A DNA stretch of 64,000 nt, taken from assembly GCA_964016885.1 (NCBI GenBank), contig OZ024742.1:188852001-188916000 (forward strand). The letters run 5' to 3'. The notes beneath the pieces were generated by a model that searched no databases, was not told the origin of the DNA, and saw only the letters and a program-made list of their open reading frames with translations. Every line of letters begins with the position of its first letter. The stretch's first letter is position 1. A program made the translations under genes and the position numbers. Positions 40,423 through 54,585 of the stretch are shown here, one piece after another. Source of the stretch: Eledone cirrhosa. Its lineage: Eukaryota.

Positions 40423-40517
40423 CGGGCGTGTGTTATTTCAACAGATTATATTTCAAATACAGACATGGCCGTTTCAACTTTTGCAAGTACGTATGTATGT
40501 TTGTATTATTATTATTA

Positions 40518-40735
40518 GGGCGGTGAATTGGCGGTATCGGTAGAGGGTCGGACGCCATGCTTTGACGCATAGAGTTACGGCCCTTTATGATCTGAGTTCA
40601 AATCCCACCGAGGTTAACTTGGCCTTTCATCCATCCTTACGGGGTCGATAAAATAAAGTGCCAGTAATGTACTGAGTAATTGCTGGCCTTTTGCCAAAAA
40701 TAGAAAGAATTATTATTATTATTATTATTATTATT
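40518..40735 (+). mobile_element. tRNA-derived SINE with (ATT)n tail
   Basis: A/B boxes (tggcggtatcgg, gagttcaaatcc), central gcctttcatcc...ggggtcgataaaataaagt.ccag block; several copies in window. Confidence 0.85.
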
Positions 40736-41080
40736 GTTCTTTGAGTCTCAGTCATTGATGTTATTTAACTGGAAAGTTTGTTGAAATGAATATCAAGCCG
40801 CTACCTGCAGCCTCAGATATTAAGCACGTATCGGAGGGTTCTTGCTGTTCCCAGCAAGCATGCCTTTTGAAGTGTTCCAAAATGCGGGGCTGGACTAATC
40901 TTCTTTAACCATCTTTGGAAACTCTTTGAGATAGTACCTAGTGCGTCTATGACAATCGGGACGACCTTGATTTCATGGCAGTTCCAAATCCTTTTTAACT
41001 CCCACTTTAAATCCTGGAATCGGTTAATTTCTCCTTCTCCTTTTCTTGCATTCTCGTGTCAAGTGGGCAGGATACATCTA
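40736..41080 (-). pseudogene. R4/Dong-type non-LTR retrotransposon 3' end (restriction-like endonuclease)
   Basis: Minus strand DVSCPLD..QEKEKEK / FQDLKWELKRIW...VVPIVIDALGTI...LQKACLLGTARTLRYVL; (TAA)n at both ends. Confidence 0.8.
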
Positions 41081-41299
41081 CAATTATTATTATTATTATT
41101 ATTGAGTCTGAACGGACGTCTTTTTGCTCTCTCCCGTAAGTTTATTTATTTACCTGTCAAAACCTATTTGTTGAATTTTTTTGTTGTTGTGTGAGACTTT
41201 GCCCTGTGACGGGGAAAGAATAATACTTGGGCCTTTTAGCCCAAATATTTGAACTCTTTTGCATTTTTTAAAAAGTTATCGAAAAAAAAAAAAAAATAC

Positions 41300-43200
41300 A
41301 TGGTTGAGCCACGCAGTAGCGATATGTCTGCTGTCGTGCGACAACCACGTAGAAGTTGAGAGGAGCGCTACGGCGAAATTAACAGAAATTGATACAACAA
41401 ACACCACCACAAACAATGTAAACAAAGACAACATCGATAACAACACTGAGAACTCTAATTTTGAAAAGAATGACAGTAAGAGCGACAACGAAATTACAGA
41501 TAACAGAAAAAATGACAAATGCAACAACAATAACAACACCACCAACATGAAAACAAATAGCGACAACACCAACAGCAACAATACCAACTTCCCCAAGAAA
41601 GTCGGTGACACCAAAGACAACAGTGATAACAACGAGAGTGATAACAACAACACCAACAAGAACAACGACAACAACAACAACACCCCCAACGACAAGAAGA
41701 AGAACTCTCTCGCTGCGGCAGTAGCAAAAAAGAGGCTATGCTTCAACATGGACTTCTCAAACAAAGATGAAAAGTTGGCCCAGGCATGGAAGCTCATCAA
41801 GTAAGAGCAAACCTGGGCCAACTTAACGGTCCCGGTAGAAGCTATTGAGGCAGTGGAGCTCAGAACGGTGCATTATAGATGCATCTCAGCACAAACCAAA
41901 AGGGCAGCTTTAATCCTACAAGCAAATGTTGAAGTCGCGCTGAGGTGCATCAGAGAAGACACCGAATACATAGCGAGGGGCAGACAGTACGGCACCATTT
42001 CGGTGCTGTTCAAGTCAGAAGCCCTCGCTATGAAAGACGCTATGACTCCTTGCAAAACCAGCAAGGTCATAATGTACCCCTCCTACATGGGGAAAAAGAA
42101 CGGCACGTCTCCGCAATTCAATACTCCCACCAGGACTTGACAATTGGTGTCTTCTGGGATGTGGCTACCGTCCCGATAGAAGTGACCAGAACGGTCAGAG
42201 AGCACTGGTCCTGGGTTGACCTGGAGATCCTTCTCCAGATCAGGTCTGAGAATGTGAAGACAAAACCGGACCACATCCGCCTTCAGAATGGGACTGTCAT
42301 TCATATTATGACCGAGGGCAAAAGGCCGCATTGTTTTGTTTATGGGGAAAAAACCAATTTGCGAGCCTTCTGCCCTCAACTGCTGAAAGATGCAAGGGGT
42401 CGAAAGGCTCCACTGCTGCCGACTCCTGGGCAAAGACCACAACCAACACCACAACCACCCAGGGGGGAAACGAGGAAAGTTGCCCCCCCCCCCAAAAAAA
42501 AATACACAAACCAATAAAAACATAAACACAGACACGGACACACTTACAGACACAGACCCCTCATCTACCAGTAGTGAAGATGAGGGAAAACCAAAATCCC
42601 CAAAATACAAAAAAGGAAACAAAAAGGAAAAAAAAAAACTCAACAAAGCAAAAAATTACCCCCAATGGAAAATGCAGACACCACCCACGCAAACATCTCT
42701 CCAATAACACCAACATCAACACCACCATCACCATCACCAGAATCACCCAAATGCAAACAACCTAAACAGACGCAAGAACAAATATACACACAAACATCTG
42801 AAACCACAGACACCGCACTCACAACAAACACAGACACAACCAAAACAACACCACTAAAACCATCACCACCACAGCCACGCAAACAAATAAAATCACAGCA
42901 ACAAAACATACGATACTTCGTGCCCGTCAGGAGGGCCAACAAGGAACTGATGACCCTCGTAGCACGAAGTGAAAATATACAAAAAGAGGGGGAAATTTTT
43001 AAATCGAGCACATTTCGCGTGCCGGAAGATTTGTTTTCTGGTGCGAATGTCGCTCGATTTATACAAAGAGATACGAGACAGCTTTCCTCGGGAGGTGGGA
43101 ACCCCGAACGTAAAACCCACTTTTAAAGGGGTTCCCCAAAAAAACCCCACCAACTATGGAGGTTGAACCACCCGACCTTCACAAGAGCCCGGAAGGTAAG
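41300..43200 (+). pseudogene. LINE ORF1 (Asn-rich N-terminus, degenerate CCHC knuckle HCFVYGEKTNLRAFCP, Pro/Thr-rich tail)
   Basis: ORF pieces 41259-41804, 41853-42140, 41945-42517, 42665-43126. Confidence 0.7.
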
Positions 43201-43237
43201 TAAACCTTTCCTCTCTCTCTCTTTTCAATCTGCCAAC

Positions 43238-46200
43238 ATGGCCGTATTAAGAGTAGGAAGTTTAAATGTTCGAGGCCTGGGATCGTCCTGGAAGCAGGGT
43301 CACTTGCTCAGGTCTCTAGAAATGGATGTAATTGCCGTCAACGAGACCAGGATTTCCGATACGCGCGTACTAGCCCCCATTTTCGACGACTATCAGATCT
43401 TTGCATCTGTTAGCCGGCCGGGAATGGGAGGCGGGGTAGCAGTGCTGTTTAGGAAAGGCCTGGACTTCGAGGTAAGGGCGATCTTCCGGGACCCGGACGG
43501 TAAGTTAGTGGTCCTGGACGTGAACAATAACTAAGGTGGTGCCTTTAGACTGGTGGCCGTCTATGCCCCTACTGGGGCAGGACGGCCAGACTTCTTTAGA
43601 CGCCTGGAAGCCTTTCTGGGTACGTCTCGCCCTTTACTGTTAGCGGGGGACTGGAACGGCATCTTAGACGCACGCTGTGACTGTGTGGGAGTATTCGATA
43701 GGAGCGGGGCGTGCAAAAGCCTCGAGAACCTGATCAGCCAGTTCCAACTGTCTGACAGTTACCGACCAGATTTCCTTAATGCGCCTGTGTGGACCTGGAC
43801 TAACCGCATAGAGTCATCTAGATCGTATATAGACAGGATATTCATTAGGAAAATAGACAGAAATAGTGTAAGCTGTCCACGTTTTAAAACGGTCGCCTAT
43901 TCAGATCAGAAGTTTGGGATCTGTATGGTCGACCTAGATAAGACCCGTAGGTTAGGACCTGGTTACTGGAAGCTAAACATGTCATTTCCGGCACGTAAGG
44001 CTTACAGGGACCAGGTCAACAATTTAGTTAAGAAAAAGTTGACAGGGGGAGTCGTCAACAATAGATGGTGGGGGGCTCTCAAAGGAGAGATTAGAGTAAT
44101 GTCGATAGAGTTTAGCAAATAAGTAGCGTTAGAGACAAATAGAAAGGCGGGGGAGTTAGTAGATAAGTTAGACGAGGCTATTGGTAGTGGCATTGCAACT
44201 GACGTGTTAGCGGCGAGGATGGCATTGGACCATTTCTTCAAGGCGAAACACGAAGGTTGCATTGTCAGAGCTAAGGCGCGTGCTCTGAGAAACGAGGGAA
44301 CCAAAGCTGTTCAATGGGCCAGCGTGGTAGAGGCGCAGCGTGGTAATAAAACCATGATTCGGTCTTTGACGGACCGAGACGGACACGAGCTGAGCGATTC
44401 CAAGCGGATGTGTGAGGCCTTTCGCCAACATTTTGCTCGGTTGTTCGGGGAAAGTGGCGGGTCAGAGACAGTGGCGGACTTCAGTCCCTACCTCGATGGT
44501 TTGCCGCAACTGTCGACGGCTGACAATTACTTCAGCCGAGATTCAGGATGCCCTTGTCGGCTGCATGAGGCGCAAGTCACCCAGTTTGGATGGTCTGCCC
44601 TACGAGCTTTACGTAAATTTGCAAGACTTGTTCTCCAATCTCCTCGAAACGCTCTACTGCAACTGGCAGCAGAACGGGAGTATTCCCAGTTCTGTGAGCC
44701 GGGGCGTAGTGACGCTGATAAGGAAATACGAGAACAAGAAGGACACTTTAGACAATTTCAGGCCCATAACTCTGCTCAACACAGAGTTTAAGATTTTGGC
44801 CAGGGTGTTAGCGAAGAGGTTGGCGCTTGTCGGGGATTTGATTGGGGGCACAAACTTGCGCAATCCCAACCAGGTCCATACACGACAACCTCCACCTAAT
44901 GCGATACATCATAGAAAGGGTAGGGTGTAAACCTTGCTTCGGTGGGGCTCTGATCAATTTAGATCAATCGAAAGCATTCGATAGGGTCGACCATAGGTAC
45001 CTGGAGGCTATCCTCAAGGCGGCAGGCTTCGGCCCCGTCTTCAGAAGCTGGATCGTTGCAATGCACAGCGGCACCTGCTCGGTGGTCAAAATTAATGGCC
45101 ACCTCTTGGAACCGTTTCAGGTCTCCCGATCGGTCCGTCAAGGGTGCCCTCTCTCCTCCCTTTCTTACGTATTGACTCTCGAGCCTTTACTGTGGAAGCT
45201 GGAGCTGTTGCAGGGCATCCCGCTCGAATGGAACGCGGTAAGGCTGTATCGGCTTATTCGGACGACATCACCGTGATGGTGTCGGACACCTCAGAAATTG
45301 AGGTGGTTGGCAACTTATTGGAGGAATATGAAAGGTTGACGGGAGCAAAACGTAACCTGGAAAAGTCGGTGGGCTTGCAACTCGGCACCTGGAGAGGCAA
45401 GTCCATGCCGTCCAACAGTGTCGTTAGGTGCTGGACGGACGGACCGGTATAGTTGCTTGGGGTTTGGTTCGGACCAGACCTCCAGGTGGATTAGAATTGG
45501 GACAAGGTGAAGGGCAGGGTAGCCTGTCTCATCCAGAAATGGGCTGGGAGGAAGCTATAACTGAAAGGTCGGGTGGAGGTGGCGAATGCATACATCGCGT
45601 CCGTCATCTACTACCGTCCGACCGTCGTCCCTTGCCCCCGTTCGCGCCTCGCCATCTTGGAGCGGCTCCTCTTCAAATTCTTGTGGAGAGGTCATGTTCC
45701 ACTAGTGAGGCGGTCCATCTGCTGCCAGCACCCTCTACGTGGAGGGCTGGGCATGCCGTGGCTAATGATGCGCAGACACGCGCTGAGGCTGCAGCATCTC
45801 CAGATAGTCTGCCTAAACGGTTAACAGCTGTGGTCGCTGTTTGTCAGACGGACCTTTCCGCAGCTCGTTTCTTTGACTGAGCTGCAGTCCTCGGTCAAGA
45901 AGAGACCGAGACTGGGTGACTGGCATCTTGAATGTTGCCAGGCACTCACTGCCCTCTACGAGGCGGGGAATGCGCTCAATGGAACTCCCACTCTCGCGTT
46001 CTATAGAGGATTAGTGGTGGGCAAGTGCGACGACGCACTCGGAGAAGCTCTGGGTGTCGACGAAGTCGAACTAACCAGTCTGTTCCGGCGGACTTTCGAG
46101 CCGGGGATGATGGATAATTTCCAAAAAATCCCTCGCTTGGCAGTGCTACCGGGGGTCACTGCCGGTTCGAGAAATACTCTACAGGCACGGAAGTGCTGTC

Positions 46201-46626
46201 TGATGGACCTGCACGAGATGCGCGCAAAGCGACGAAACCGCTCTGCACGCACTTGTCCAGTGTCCGTGCATTACTGACTTGTGGAGTAATGTCGAACAGC
46301 TGTTGTCGCGTGTAGAACGGATCCGGCTATCGGCCGAGTCCATAGTGGAGATCGACCTGCCGCCTTCTTTTGGCCAGGAAGGGCAGGCAATTTTCCTCTG
46401 TCTGGTGGCAGTAGCGAAAGAGGTTGTATGATGGACTAGGTTGAAAGGACTGAAGACAGACACTTTTGTCTTCGGCCAATCCCTCATCAACTTTTTCAAG
46501 TTTCACTTGGAAAGTAAGGTGAGGGTGGAGAGGGAAGTGCTGACCTCCAGTACATTTGCTGAAAGGTGGGTGAATCTGGCGAGAATGGCCCGTGTGAGTG
46601 GGCCTACTCAGGTCATGCGGCTGTAG
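43238..46626 (+). pseudogene. LINE ORF2: APE endonuclease + RT + C-terminal Cys domain, multiple stops/frameshifts
   Basis: GSLNVRGL, GDWN, SYIDRIF, GPGYWKLN, FRPITLLNTEFKIL, LDQSKAFDRVDH, VRQGCPLS, SAYSDD. Confidence 0.92.
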
Positions 46627-46911
46627 GTGGGTAAATTTGAGGAGGAGAGCAGTGCCCTTCGAGGGTGCTCTCGAAGCGTCGGGTCGTTCAGGATTGGTGG
46701 GGTACCTGAGCGAACCCTGGGTGGTCATCTCCCCCCCCCCCCATTGGGGAATTTTTCTTGTTTTATTTTAATTGTTACTTTGTTATTGTTATTCATATAG
46801 TTTACTCGATTTTTCTGTAAAACCCCACTGTCCTAGTCTTTTGTATTGTCCCCTATATGTCGGCCCTTGTGGCCAATAAATAAAATGATTATTATTATTA
46901 TTATTGTTATT

Positions 46912-47968
46912 ATTATTGTTGAAAGATGGGTGAGAGAGGCAAGAATGGCCCGACTGAATACTCTGAGTATATGCCTGTAAATTGAAGGTCGAAAACTGGG
47001 AGAGGACAACTGCCCCGGTGGTCAGGGTCACCGTGGCTTTTTTTAATGGGCTTTCTCCAAGATGGTCCTCGGAAGTCTCCCCCACCCCTTTTGAGGAATT
47101 TTTCATTGTCCTTTTATTACATCCTCTGTTTTTTTTTGTTTTTCTACACGCAGAAATGCCCATTTGCACCGTCCTGTAATGTCCTGTACTGTCCTCAATG
47201 TCTACTTTGTGTAAACCCTTGTGGTTAATAAAGAAAGCATTATTATTATTATTATTAACCGCCGAAGTTGACTTTGCATTTCATCCTTACGGGGTCGATA
47301 AAATAAAGTACCAGTAATGCACTGGGTAATTGCTGGCCTTGTGCCTAAAGTAGAAACAATTATTATTATTATTATTGCTGACTTGTGGGTTTATGTCGAA
47401 CACCTGCTGTCGCGTTTAGGACGGATCCGGCTATCATCTGAGTCCATCGTGAGGATTGCCCCACCCTCCTCCTTTAGCCGGGAAGGGCAGGCAGTTTTTA
47501 TCTGCCTGGTGGCCATGGCGAAAGAGATAGTATGGTGGACACGTTTGAAAGGGCTGAAGACGAGCACTTACCTCTTCGGTGATGCTCTGATTGACTTTTT
47601 CAAAAATCATTTGAAAAGGAAAATCAGAGTAGAGAGGGAAGTGCTCTCTTCCCAGCATTTTGTTGAAAGATGGGTGAGAGAAGCAAGAATGGCCCGAGTG
47701 AATGGGCCTACTCTGAGCATATATCTGTAAATTAAAGGTGGAAAACTGGGAGAGGGCACTTGCCTTGGTGGTCAGGGTCATTGTGGCTTTTTACTGGGCT
47801 TTCTCCACAAATGTCCCTCCGAAGTCTCCCCCCTATTGGGGAATTTTTCATTGTTATTTTTGTTACATCCTCTGTTTTTTGTTTTTTACATGCAGAAATG
47901 CCCATTTGTACCGTCCTGCACTGTCCTTAATGTCTACTTTATGTAAACCCTTGTGGTTAATAAAGAAA

Positions 47969-48019
<51 letters not shown>

Positions 48020-48396
48020 TTTTCAAATTTCATTTGAAAAGGAAAATCAGGGTAGAGAGGGAAGTGCTCTCTTCCCAGCATTTTGTTGAAAGATGGGTGA
48101 GAGAAGCAAGTGTGGCCCGAGTGAATGGGCCTACTCTGAGTATGTGTCTGTAAATTAAAGATGGAAAACTGGGAGAGGGCACTTGCCCTGGTGGTCAGGG
48201 TCACTGTGGTCTTTTAATGGGCTTTCTCCACAAATGTCCCTCGGAAGTATCCCCCCTATTGGGGAATCTTTCTTTGTTATTTTATTACATCCTCTGTTTT
48301 TTTGTACACGCAGAAACGCCCATTTGTACCGTCCTGTATTGTCCTGTACTGTCCTTAATGTCTACTTTATGTAAACCCTTGTGGTTAATAAAGAAA

Positions 48397-48433
<37 letters not shown>
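46912..48433 (+). mobile_element. Three tandem 5'-truncated 3' ends of a related Tx1 subfamily with a SINE fragment between
   Basis: 46912-47255, 47376-48015, 48010-48433 each end AATAAA..(ATT)n; SINE 3' half at 47257-47375. Confidence 0.9.
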
Positions 48434-48437
<4 letters not shown>

Positions 48438-48638
48438 GCCTGCTAAAATGAAGGGAAAAAGCTAACAAGAACAATATTCACGTACATGTTACTCTTTCAT
48501 TTCTTCCTTGATTACCGTTAGTTTATTAAACGTATAAACATATGTCTAATTCATTACACAGTGAGGGAGAGAGAGAGAAAGAAAGAGTGTGAGTGTGTGT
48601 GTATATATATATATATATATATGTGTGCGTGTGTGTGT

Positions 48639-48715
<77 letters not shown>

Positions 48716-49395
48716 TTTGTGTTTGTGTGCGTGTGTGTGTGTGTGATGTTAGAGACACAAAGAGGGAGAGAAGAAGTACGAAATTGTATTTAAAAGAAGG
48801 AGTTTCTGAAATGAGGTTCGCAAATCTTTGCATCCCAAGAGCAAGGTATAAATTTGTCTCCTTAATCATAGTTGTACTACATTGACTTCTGTGTTTATAT
48901 TTATATTTCTTTGGGCAAATAAATTTCAGTGAAGGCAAGAATATAAACATGTGTGACATTTTGTCATTTCTCACATGCGTCTACCGTGGAATAGCTTGGA
49001 AACAAGCGAAATAATTAGATTCTGACGCTGTTTCAACGTTTCGATAAAACCATATCCTATCACAGCTCTGATAACCTTGTACAAACCACAAAGGTTACAA
49101 TATCTCCTACTTCTCCTTGAACTAAATCACATTACCATGTATCTTGTCTAAAATAATCTCACCTATAAATGAACGTATATGTAATATATTTTATGTTTTA
49201 ATGTTCATATTTACAATTAGAGGATTATATTGGTTTTAACATTATTGTTAATTAAGCAGATTATTGATATCAAAAATTATTCTCACCTGTTTTAGATGGA
49301 AAGATAGTGAAAAGGTTTTAAAACGTAAACAAGATTTAGAATTACCTTGCCGATCAAATGTATAAAATCTTATTATATGGATTGTAATGTATCTG

Positions 49396-49493
49396 CAGGG
49401 TGTCTCAACAAACGTATAGGCACTTCAACAACATTCTAATAAATATTGCCTGTACAGGTAATCAAATTAGGTATACACTTTTGGGACACCCTG
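49396..49493. mobile_element. Tc1-type MITE
   Basis: TIRs cagggtgtctcaa / ttgggacaccctg. Confidence 0.6.
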
Positions 49494-51618
49494 AATGTGT
49501 TTATATGTAGTTAAGACCGCTTATTTCATTCAGATCCTTAAGTTACTCATAACTAACACTGTTTCCAGTAAGAAAAATCTCTTAGAAGTAATGAGCTAAC
49601 TTGATTGTTATTTTAGGCACGACTGGGAATATATGTGAAACAAAGTTTAAAACAGAAGTAATCTTTCAGAGAGAGTCCTTGACTGTCAGGAAAATGTGTT
49701 TAAGAGACAGTTGGCCTGTGGTCGCTTGAAATGCTGAAAACTGTTGTCAAGTCTTTTCCTAATTACAACGTGTTGTCTGAAATAAAAGCTATATCATGAA
49801 ATATTTTATCAATACGATATACAAAATGATTGAATTATAATGACATTTTGGGCCTTTCACAATGTATTTCTGCCAATAATTGAACTAAAAAACAAAAACA
49901 ACAACATAATTTACGTCGAGACATTGAGCAATGGCTTCCTAAACGACGCGATATGCTAAACACAACATTCAAATTCCCACATTCAATGATTTCCACTCGC
50001 AGCAAGCAAGAATTATAAAATTGCATGATGGTTAAGAAGTGCCTATTTACAAATAAATGATTAGTTGAGTAAATAACATAAATGCGCTCCAAATAAAATC
50101 GATACATTTAGTGTTCGTCCATTCTAAACATTACTAAAACCTACTGTAAACCCAGATGAGATCAATAGTCAAATCAGTTTGTATACTTAACAGAATTTTA
50201 CAGAAGGGAGTAAGAGTGAATTATCGTTCCACGTCAGATTCTCCATGCTAGCATCGGTTGGACGAAGCTCGGATCCAATTCCGGGAAGCCAGAGATAACT
50301 GGAGCAACGCAAAACAAATTACTTCTTCAACGCCACAATGTATCACCTGGTCTAGGAATTGTATTCACAACCTTCTGATCTTGAGCGCAATAACCAAACC
50401 ACCATTTCACGTGCTTTAATTCAGTGAATTAGCCTCTGAAATTGACAGTAAAATATTTAATATTACAATAAAGTGTTTAATTATTTTACAGTTTTAAAGC
50501 AATTCCTATAAATTACATCATTATCTATATTTAATCCACATATAGGTGTTATTCTTCTCCGTGTTCTTTTGTTCCGTTTCTCGTCTTCGTCAAAGTTATA
50601 TTTAATTTAAGAATAAATTAATTAAATGACATATTCACAATGATATGCCCAACACGATCAAGTAAGTAAAGTTACACCTCGGCTAAGCTTTTCTCAATCA
50701 TTATCTGTTATTCCAGTTCTATTGACGTATTGTATATTGAAACTTATTTGGAACACACGGAATCTGCTGACTAATGACGATGTGGCGTGTTGTTTCTTTG
50801 ACTTCATTGCACGTTGTTACAGTACAATCAGCTGAAAAGGTGAGTGCCAAAGCCGCTGGGCTGAACGCTGCAACGAACTAGCGTCCTATCAAAAGAAGGA
50901 TACATTTACTCCCTGTAGCATAATTCAAATTGAAGCCTAGTTAGAGCATCTGCTTGAATAAAAGAGAATGGGTGACTTCGTTTACTAGCTCCTATTTCAC
51001 AATTTATAAGTCAACGTTGATTGTGTTTTATCTACTCCGGATATATCTATGTTAATATGAATTTAGATAAGTTGAGACACTTGTATACCAATAGATTGAG
51101 TAAATGAAAGTAGAAACCGAAGTAAGTCCAGTGTTTAATCCGTATCAAAATATCTATCATAGGAATTTAATGTGAATTACAAAGTGACTCAATAGTAATT
51201 AATCTCTAAGATGTTATGTTAAATTTCTCAATAACTTTAGAAGTGATTACAACTGACACAGAACTCAAATATCTTGGTGGTTTTAGATTTCAATACCTGT
51301 GGTTTCATATTCCATCAGAACAAATTGGAATTAAAATAAACATAAAGTAAATAATAAATAACGATAGTGCGTGTGTGTGTGGTGGTGGTGGTATGTGTGT
51401 GTAGGGTGGGGGGGGGGGGGGGCGTTGGATGAAATATGTCTTTAATTATGCCTTAACCCATTGCACATTCTACTTGGTATTTTCGGACATTTACATGATC
51501 TCACCTTGACTGCGCACAACATATAACAGTGTCAAAACCAGAACAATGGATCTTGATAATTCCTTTCCCCATATAAAAGCAACTTTTTGATAAAATTCTC
51601 GAAAAAGCAATGTCATAT

Positions 51619-51658
<40 letters not shown>

Positions 51659-51845
51659 AAACGGAATAGAAAATGCTGACAAATTGTTCACAGTGAAAAA
51701 TAGTTTAATTAGGAATAAGTGAGAATTAGTAATAGCATTGGTTAGTATTCAGTTTTGGTTTTAAGTTTTACCGGTTGCGCATTTCTAATGGTTTTCAAAA
51801 ATTATTTTGAGATAGAGCGTCCGTGATGTTTGCTATATATATATA

Positions 51846-52046
51846 TACGAGGTTCGACTGAAAAGTTTATAGAGTGACCAAGATAGTCTCATGGAATAAC
51901 CAAATGAGATTTAATTTTCAACATAGACCCTGAAATAAACAATGCAGTTATTAAGAAGAGTTTAAATTAATGCATGCATGATTTCACAGCCCTAACATCA
52001 TTCCTTCGTAGTCAGCATGTGAACCTTTCAGCCGACCCTCTCATGT

Positions 52047-52047
<1 letters not shown>
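51846..52047. mobile_element. mariner-type MITE
   Basis: tacgaggttcgactgaaaagtt mirrored by aacctttcagccgaccctc; TA flanks. Confidence 0.65.
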
Positions 52048-52133
<86 letters not shown>

Positions 52134-52672
52134 GACCGCCCCCCCATCCGCCTCCCCCATATATATATATGTAAGTATTGACCTTTAGAAAAATAGTCAG
52201 CATGAATGGGTAATGCCTTGAGAAATGTAGCATATATCGTACTAATATAACCAAATAAAACATATCTACTAGATATGTAGATGTCATCCATTCACAGTCT
52301 GCCTGTTGGACGTCTCACGCTGGAAAAACAAAACAAGTCTACGCTCGAAATATAGTTAGAAATTGAATGAAAGTGGAAACATGCGCATCATATTGTTTGT
52401 GGATGTTTACAAATGCGTCAGTTGCACGTCGTTTCTACTCCACTCTAATTATAAACAAACTATATTGTAAGGTAACCTCTTCAAGCTTGCCAAAACTTTA
52501 TTGGATCCAATCACATGTGGTAAGGCATGAAACTAGGTTACTGAGTTTGAAGCCACAGAGGACGAGTTTTAGTGGCAGCCATCCTTTACCATATTTCGCA
52601 CATAGCTGTGAGTATTCTCATTGCAAATACAAACAACCAAGAAGGCTACTTTCAAGAATATACATAGGTACG

Positions 52673-52780
<108 letters not shown>

Positions 52781-52870
52781 ACGTGTGTGTGTACGTGTGT
52801 GTGATTGTGTGAGTGTGTCTATATAAAGCACACACATACACATACACATAAATATATTTGTATATGTATA

Positions 52871-53727
<857 letters not shown>

Positions 53728-53735
53728 AAATGTTG

Positions 53736-53778
<43 letters not shown>

Positions 53779-53819
53779 CGATATTAAACAAATGGAAACT
53801 ATATTTATAAAACCATATG

Positions 53820-53885
53820 TATTTCGTTATATATATTTCTGGGATATCATATTAAAAATATGGTATGCCTTCCTCAGACAAAATA
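53820..53885 (-). ncRNA. Type I hammerhead ribozyme
   Basis: tattttgt-CTGAGGA-aggcataccatat...atatgatatccca-GAAA-tatata-TA-acgaaata. Confidence 0.75.
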
Positions 53886-54096
53886 CAATACACAAGCTGT
53901 TTTATAAATAATTTTGACGTACCTTATAATAATGCAACTTCCATTTAAAAAGTTGATTTGGTAGTGAAACTGTTATGACAGTTATATAGAAAGAAAAACG
54001 AAGATGAAAAGAAGAAGATGAAGAGATGTATGTAAATAAAAAAGAAGAAGATGAAGAGATGTATGTAAAGAAAAACAACAGATCTATGTATGAATG

Positions 54097-54141
<45 letters not shown>

Positions 54142-54209
54142 GCGTCAGTCATACAAAAGTGAGTTACAAACGAAACGAAATTTAATTTCGTTTCGTTATT
54201 TGTTTTTAT

Positions 54210-54329
<120 letters not shown>

Positions 54330-54469
54330 CATTCATACATAGATACATGCATATTTACATATTTATATGTACATTTCATAATATAATAAAGGGAGGAGTG
54401 CGGAACTGTGTCCTGAAAATATATGTTTATCCCGTTAGTAAAATAAGTTGGGTTAATTTGAATAAATAA

Positions 54470-54585
54470 TTAGTTCCACTATTGGCACAAGGCCAGAAAT
54501 TACTCAGTACATTACTGGTACTTTATTTTATCGACCCCCGTAAGGATGAAAGGCAAAGTTAACCTCGGCGGGATTTGAACTCAGT
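54470..54585 (-). mobile_element. SINE 3' part
   Basis: Reverse complement of the 40590-40712 family. Confidence 0.8.

Larger units (their letters stand above)
41104..46905 (+). mobile_element. Full-length but decayed Tx1/L1-clade LINE
   Basis: 5' UTR, ORF1, ORF2, 3' UTR with AATAAA then (ATT)n; inserted in (ATT)n. Confidence 0.9.

Noticed and set aside
43194-43237. GTAAGT donor-like site and pyrimidine tract between LINE ORF1 and ORF2
   Set aside because: No acceptor AG before the ORF2 ATG; splicing cannot be supported from sequence alone.
46912-48433. Repeat-spacer appearance suggesting a CRISPR-like array
   Set aside because: The units are LINE 3' ends with (ATT)n tails in eukaryotic DNA.
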